Source: the human T2T-CHM13v2.0 reference genome, Homo sapiens
Strand: one strand, 5' to 3'
Length of the DNA stretch: 64,000 nucleotides
Assembly (NCBI RefSeq): GCF_009914755.1
Contig: NC_060935.1
The notes under the pieces: model-generated
The model's input: the letters and a program-made list of their open reading frames with translations, nothing else
The model's database searches: none
Told to the model about the DNA's origin: nothing
Shown: in pieces, positions 60,860 to 64,000 of the stretch
Numbering within the stretch: position 1 is the first letter of the stretch
Layout: every line of letters starts with the position of its first letter
Program-made: the position numbers and the translations under genes

Positions 60860-61040
60860 GACCTGGTTTTAGACGTTATTTTCCATGTATGAGCTGTGGG
60901 ATATGGCTTAACCTCCGGGGATCAGGTTCCCCACTCATAACATGTTGATACCAATACCTACTTTATAAGGTTATCATGAGAATCAAACTAGATAATGCAT
61001 GTAAATCCCTCATCATAAAACCCAGCACATAGTAAGAATT
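60860..61040 (+). mobile_element. MIR
   Basis: GCTTAACCTCC...ATACCTACTTTATAAGGTTATCATGAGAATCAAACTAGATAATGCATGTAAA. Confidence 0.7.
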
Positions 61041-62109
61041 CAGGAGATAGAAGTATTTTCTCACTCCTCCCTGTGTTTCCATGGAGGACCTCTGTTCCAC
61101 TGAGCAGAAGAAAGCCAGATTGGATGAGCACATCTGTTAGCTCTTTGAGCCTCTCATTCACTCCTCTCCAATGCAGGGGAAGTGGCTTTGCTGACTAGTA
61201 AGAGTCTGCCTTTCCTCAGGCTCCATGTAAGGACAATTAAGCTCAAATATGATCTGGTATTTTCCCTGTGCTCTGCAAAATTCACATTCTAGCAAGGTAA
61301 CCTGTTTCATTGCTCTACCAGGGCTTGTGCACAGCCGGCATAGCTCAGGCAGAGCCTCACGCCTGCCTCTGACACTGTCCTCAAAGCCTCTTTGATTTCC
61401 CCCTTGCATTTGATTGGGTAAGACACATTCCTCCCCTCAGAAGGTAGGCATGAGGGAGCTAGCGTTCGTTTTGCTGACCCAGCCTCTCCCCAAGAAAGGC
61501 CACAGGATCTAGATATGATGATGGTGGTGGCAGGAGGCCTAAGATGCATCTGACAAGACTGTACGGCTCTAGAGCCCTGGGTTTCAGGGTAGTAAAGTCC
61601 TTACTGGACTTTGACCTCATCCACAGTCTTGTTTCTGTTCTTAGTTGCCACAGGGCTTCAAGAGGAGGGCTAATGTGAGTAATAAGTAAACAAGACGTCG
61701 TCAGTGAGTACAATCTGTAACATAATTACAAGTATTAAAATCTCATATTTTTATTATCCGAAACATTCCCTAAAGGAGAAGTTCTCCCAGGAACTTTGGA
61801 AATTTAATGCGAGATTTCTAGACCTGTGACATTATCAACCACGAGGCATGAGAATCTATGGTGGCTCTCCATGTAAATACCGATGGCACGGCTTCCTGTT
61901 ATTTCCATCTCTTAATTCCTGATATGAGCAGATTCTTACCTGTTTGCTCCTGAATTTAGCCCTGAGGACAATCTTTTCTTCTTAGCTATCAGAACAAGAA
62001 CACTGGAGTTGATTATCTTTCTAAGCTCAGATAGAAGCAGAGTCCAAATCTATAACAGTCTTTTTCATCAATGAGGAATATGAGTGTGATGGTGATGGCA
62101 GGAAGGTAA

Positions 62110-63600
62110 AAGAAGGAAAATATCCCAGAAATAGATTTGGAAAAATATCTTGTGTCTCCCTATTTCTGCTTTCTAGAGACAGTGATGCCCTAGCAGTATT
62201 GAAAACAGCTAGCACCTTGATCTTGGTTCCTAAATACCATCCACTACTCAAGAGAACTAGGTTTTCTTGGAGACAGGCTTGACTTCAGGACTGGAAAGAG
62301 AAGGCAGAAGTGCGTCTAAAATGTTCTGTCATGCCAGAGCGAAAGAAAATGTGCAAAAAATAATGAGCACACATCAAAATAGCACAGGGCCAGCTTGATG
62401 GGACACTATCTGGCCAAATCTAGGACAAATGAAATCAAAACAAATAACATAAATTGATTATAATCTGTTGAATAGAATAAAATGTCATGGTCCCATGCTT
62501 ATAATTTAAAAAAAAAAAAAACTAAATAAATGTTGTAAAGGGGAAAGTTCTTCCTTACATAAATATGTCAACTAATAACTATATAAGGAATGATGGCATC
62601 AGGGAAAAAAAGCCAGCATCATGCATCCGTACCAGTGACAACCAGCTCAGGTGAGAATTATCAAAGGCTGCTACACAGAAATTCAATGAAGGAAAGTTAT
62701 TTACATAGTCTCAAAATGTCTTTCCAGCAATTACTTACTAATCTCAGAAAAATGGTAACATTAAAGTGGAGAATCCTGGCAGATACTTCCTTAACCAAGT
62801 GATCATTGCTAGCATCACCAATACTGAGACATGCCAACAGCATGCCCTCCTACCATGAACTTTCATGTATATGGTATTCCTGCCCATAAATGTATAACCT
62901 GAGTCCAGGACATATCAGACAAACTCTTCTCCTGGAACCTCACATAGTAGAAGGGGCAGAAGTCTCTGTTGAGACCCTTTTATAAGGGTACTAACCCCAT
63001 CATCAATTGTCCACCCTCATGACCTGATCACCTCCCAAAGCCACCACCTCCTGACCCCTCACACTGAGGATTAGGATTTTAGTATGTATTTTGGGGTATA
63101 CAAACATTTCAGACCATGGCAGGGACAATGCCTTGACAGAAGAAGGCTAAAACCATTAAAAAAAAATGACAACCAGATGCATTGTGTGATCTGGTACCAG
63201 ATCCAAGATGGAAGAAAAATAAAAGATATTACTAGCAAAAATGGAAAATTCTGAATAATAACTGCATATTATATGATGTTGTATAAACGTTAAATATCCT
63301 TTCGTAATTGTAAGAGAATATCTTGTTCTTAACATAAACACATGGAAGTGTTGGAGAAAAGGGTTATGATGTTTGCAGCTATATCTGAAATGGTCAGAAA
63401 AATATTGATTCACACAGATATGTACATTATCTATGTTTATCTATCTATCTATCTACCCATCTCTCCATTCCTAGAAATGATGATAAAACAAATGTGATGA
63501 AATATTAACAGTAGGCAAATCTTTCAGGGGGTTAGTGAGTGCTTTTGTACTATTCTGGAAATTTTTCTATAAGTGTGAAATTATTTTAAGGTAAAAAGCT
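62110..63600 (+). mobile_element. Old L1MC 3' region interrupted by a MaLR LTR fragment
   Basis: GATCTTGGTTCCTAAATACCAT, GTGGAGAATCCTGGCAGATAC, TTTTGTACTATTCTGGAAATTTTTCTATAAGTGTGAAATTATTT typical of L1MC3/4. Confidence 0.75.
62925..63121 (-). mobile_element. MSTD/MLT1A-like LTR fragment
   Basis: CACCCTCATGACCTGATCACCTCCCAAAG...AAACATTTCAGACCATGGCA. Confidence 0.75.
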
Positions 63601-63739
63601 AAAAAGGAGTTTATATATGTAGACTATTTACAGTTACAAGAGCAGCCAAACATATTAGTTTATTCGACCTTCATTAAGGAGCCCTGGGTGGTGTGTGTGT
63701 GCACGCACACATGTGTATATGCATGCTCACGTGTGTTAG

Positions 63740-63870
63740 TAATAGCCTTATTTTACACATGAGTAAACTGAAGCTCTGAGAGGTTATGGGATTTCTTTGA
63801 GGTCAATAACTAATATTAGCACAGAAATTCAGAAACCATGAGTCCACCTGAAGCCGGCACCAAAAGTTCT
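63740..63870 (-). mobile_element. MIR fragment
   Basis: ATTTTACACATGAGTAAACTGAAGCTCTGAGAGGTTA core. Confidence 0.7.
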
Positions 63871-64000
63871 TCACTAATTCCTTCTGAACTTCCATTTAGC
63901 CGACATACTGCATTACCCAGACTTCTCCACTCTCTGGCAGTCATGGGGACTGACTTCCATAGTGTGCTGAATTCCCAGTCTATGCCATTTGCTCCCTCTG

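Overview
Primate (very probably human) non-coding genomic DNA, either intergenic or deep intronic. No host protein-coding exon, rRNA, tRNA or CRISPR feature is recognisable. Roughly half the window is transposon-derived: a full-length but disabled L1PA7-like LINE-1 (53181-59686, minus), two complete MaLR proviruses (THE1 at 20751-22913 minus; MLT1F-like at 30609-33363 plus), several solo LTRs (MST, MLT1A, THE1, MER34-like), about 11 Alus or Alu fragments, many MIR/L2/old L1/HAL1 relics and small DNA-transposon MITEs. All protein-like ORFs in the track are L1 or THE1 remnants or chance ORFs. The most notable observations are: a 5'-inverted (twin-primed) Alu with perfect TSDs; a CpG-retaining, homeodomain-motif-rich candidate developmental enhancer at about 8.8-9.8 kb; a near-perfect 55-bp tandem duplication doubling an ETS motif; an ORF0-homologous antisense ORF in the L1 5'UTR; two extremely truncated retro-insertions; and candidate REST, YY1 and PU.1:IRF sites. 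I found no convincing evidence for a wholly new biological system. Repeat subfamily names come from my recall of consensus sequences and need RepeatMasker/Dfam confirmation; boundaries of old repeats are approximate.
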